From positions 1-45,217 of the forward strand of contig LVLI01000661.1 in NCBI GenBank assembly GCA_001687465.1: 45,217 nucleotides of DNA. The letters are read 5' to 3'. A program made the position numbers and the translations under genes. Origin of the DNA: Halocafeteria seosinensis (Eukaryota). The notes under the pieces are model-generated. The model had not been told where the DNA came from, ran no database searches, and saw nothing but the letters and a program-made list of their open reading frames with translations. How positions within the stretch are numbered: position 1 is the stretch's first letter; each line of letters opens with the position of its first letter. Shown piece by piece: positions 43,781-45,217 of the stretch.

Positions 43781-44338
43781 AAAGCTTTCATGGGGTTTGC
43801 AACGAAAACAGCAGGTAACTCCTCCAGATCAGATCTTTTTATAGCATTAAGAAGATTTAAAAGTAGTGACCATTGATCTAATTTGTTTCGTGAAAGATAG
43901 GCTACACATTGCGTAATCGGCAAAAAACAACTTTTTTTTGGGACGGCGCTTTTCCCGCATTGAAGTGCGTGAAAAGGCGGGGGAACCTTCGAATCCTGTT
44001 ACTTCAACTTAAATTTTATACACGCCCGCAAGGTTCTAATAAATTGAATACTTAAACAAAAATACAAAAGTATGTTAGTTAATATGTGGTATAACTAAAA
44101 GAGAGTATATTCTTGATATGCCTTTACACAAGAAGTTATTTTTTTGTGGCAGGGCATGGCAGGTTGGCACAATATATTTCACGCGGATCGTGTGCATGGT
44201 GGAGGTACAATTCTCCAAAATAACCGCATGTGGTGAAGTACTGGTGTACAGTGTACCGTGTGTAAGGACTACTTGAGCCGCAACGAAATTAAATGTAGTG
44301 GTAGCCGTTGCAAACCGAAACGTGTGAATAGAACGGAA

Positions 44339-44785
44339 TTAGAAGGAGGGTCTCCTCTGCGGGAATTCCTTTTTGCTGTGCTCCCGTCTCATTACTCGGC
44401 TTCTGCTGCGGGAGCCGGGCTTAGCTTCTCGGGAGATGCTCCTCCGCGATGCTTGCTTTGTCTTCGCAAATTTTAGCTGATCTGCATGTCCGGGTGCGCT
44501 CCTAGCGGTAAACCTACTTGACGCTGACGACTGTGGCCTCGGTGAACTTCTTGGCCGTGTTAGGCTTGGCGACTTCTTCGTACGAGCATGTTTGCTACGC
44601 ACTCGTCGAGAACTGCTGGAGGAAACAGCAGATGCTGAGTCTGTGTCGGAAGAAAACGGATTTGGGGTGTATGATCTTGGAACCAGAACAGGATTTCGTG
44701 AAGTCTGTTTCGACTTTAAGCCTAGTTCTATGTCAGAGTCGTAGAGTCTCTGCTTTTCCGCATGTGTTCGTCTCCTTTTCCACAA
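44339..44785 (-). CDS. Possible terminal exon of a hypothetical protein (S/R-rich, low complexity)
   Basis: A 148-codon open frame with biased S/R/P composition, an acceptor-like CAG near 44795 and no ATG start. No family was recognised. Confidence 0.3.
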   Translation of the reverse strand: MWKRRRTHAEKQRLYDSDIELGLKSKQTSRNPVLVPRSYTPNPFSSDTDSASAVSSSSSRRVRSKHARTKKSPSLTRPRSSPRPQSSASSRFTARSAPGHADQLKFAKTKQASRRSISREAKPGSRSRSRVMRREHSKKEFPQRRPSF

Positions 44786-45217
44786 ATAGATGCTGATGTG
44801 GCAATGGCTCTATCTCCTCTACTAACGCGCCGGACCAAATTTGGGACAACTGTACAGAACGTACAGTTCAAAACTATACAGAATACGACTTCAACTTCAA
44901 CAAAACTAGGTGGTACCAAAGTCTTACATAAATCGACGTGTATTACATGTTTGTTTCGGTCAATTTGTATAACATGACCATGTTGATAATCAACGGTGAA
45001 GTGGCTTCACTATCATTGCGGTGTTTTGGTACAGAGGCAAAAACAAGTTGCCAATACTCCTCCAACAAGCAGGCGCCTGGAAGTACACATCTGGACGACA
45101 AGTATATCGCATATGCATGTAGTATGCGTTCTTAATATTTCTGATACGATGCGGACAAATGAACAGCGGAAATTCGTCCTTCGACTGTGAAGAGCGTGTG
45201 GTCTGGCGAAGTCCAAC

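Overview
Gene-dense eukaryotic DNA with short GT-AG introns (about 37-80 nt). It is probably from a flagellated protist: it has a ciliary transition-zone gene and a TORC2 subunit, and a stramenopile origin is a guess. Conserved housekeeping genes in order: ASH2L/TRAUCO-like SPRY protein, RICTOR, SMG7/EST1-like protein, a giant ARM-repeat protein, RPGRIP1L/fantom, FabF/OXSM-type ketoacyl-ACP synthase, NOC3 and nocturnin. Between NOC3 and nocturnin (about 34.25-41.8 kb) is a rearranged island of about 7.5 kb that looks accessory. It holds two intact, intronless genes transcribed divergently. One encodes a makorin-like CCCH-CCCH-RING-CCCH protein fused through a TPR to a DUF3990-like ADP-ribosyltransferase-fold domain. 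The other encodes a MIF4G-like domain plus a long LRR array with a hypervariable binding face. Around them lie ankyrin and LRR pseudogene fragments, a roughly 155-bp direct repeat and a recently copied piece of the neighbouring NOC3 gene. I propose this island as a candidate protist innate-immunity (antiviral) locus; that is inference. A truncated RLE-type non-LTR retrotransposon lies near 43.5 kb. All family assignments come from motif recognition by eye; no database searches were run.
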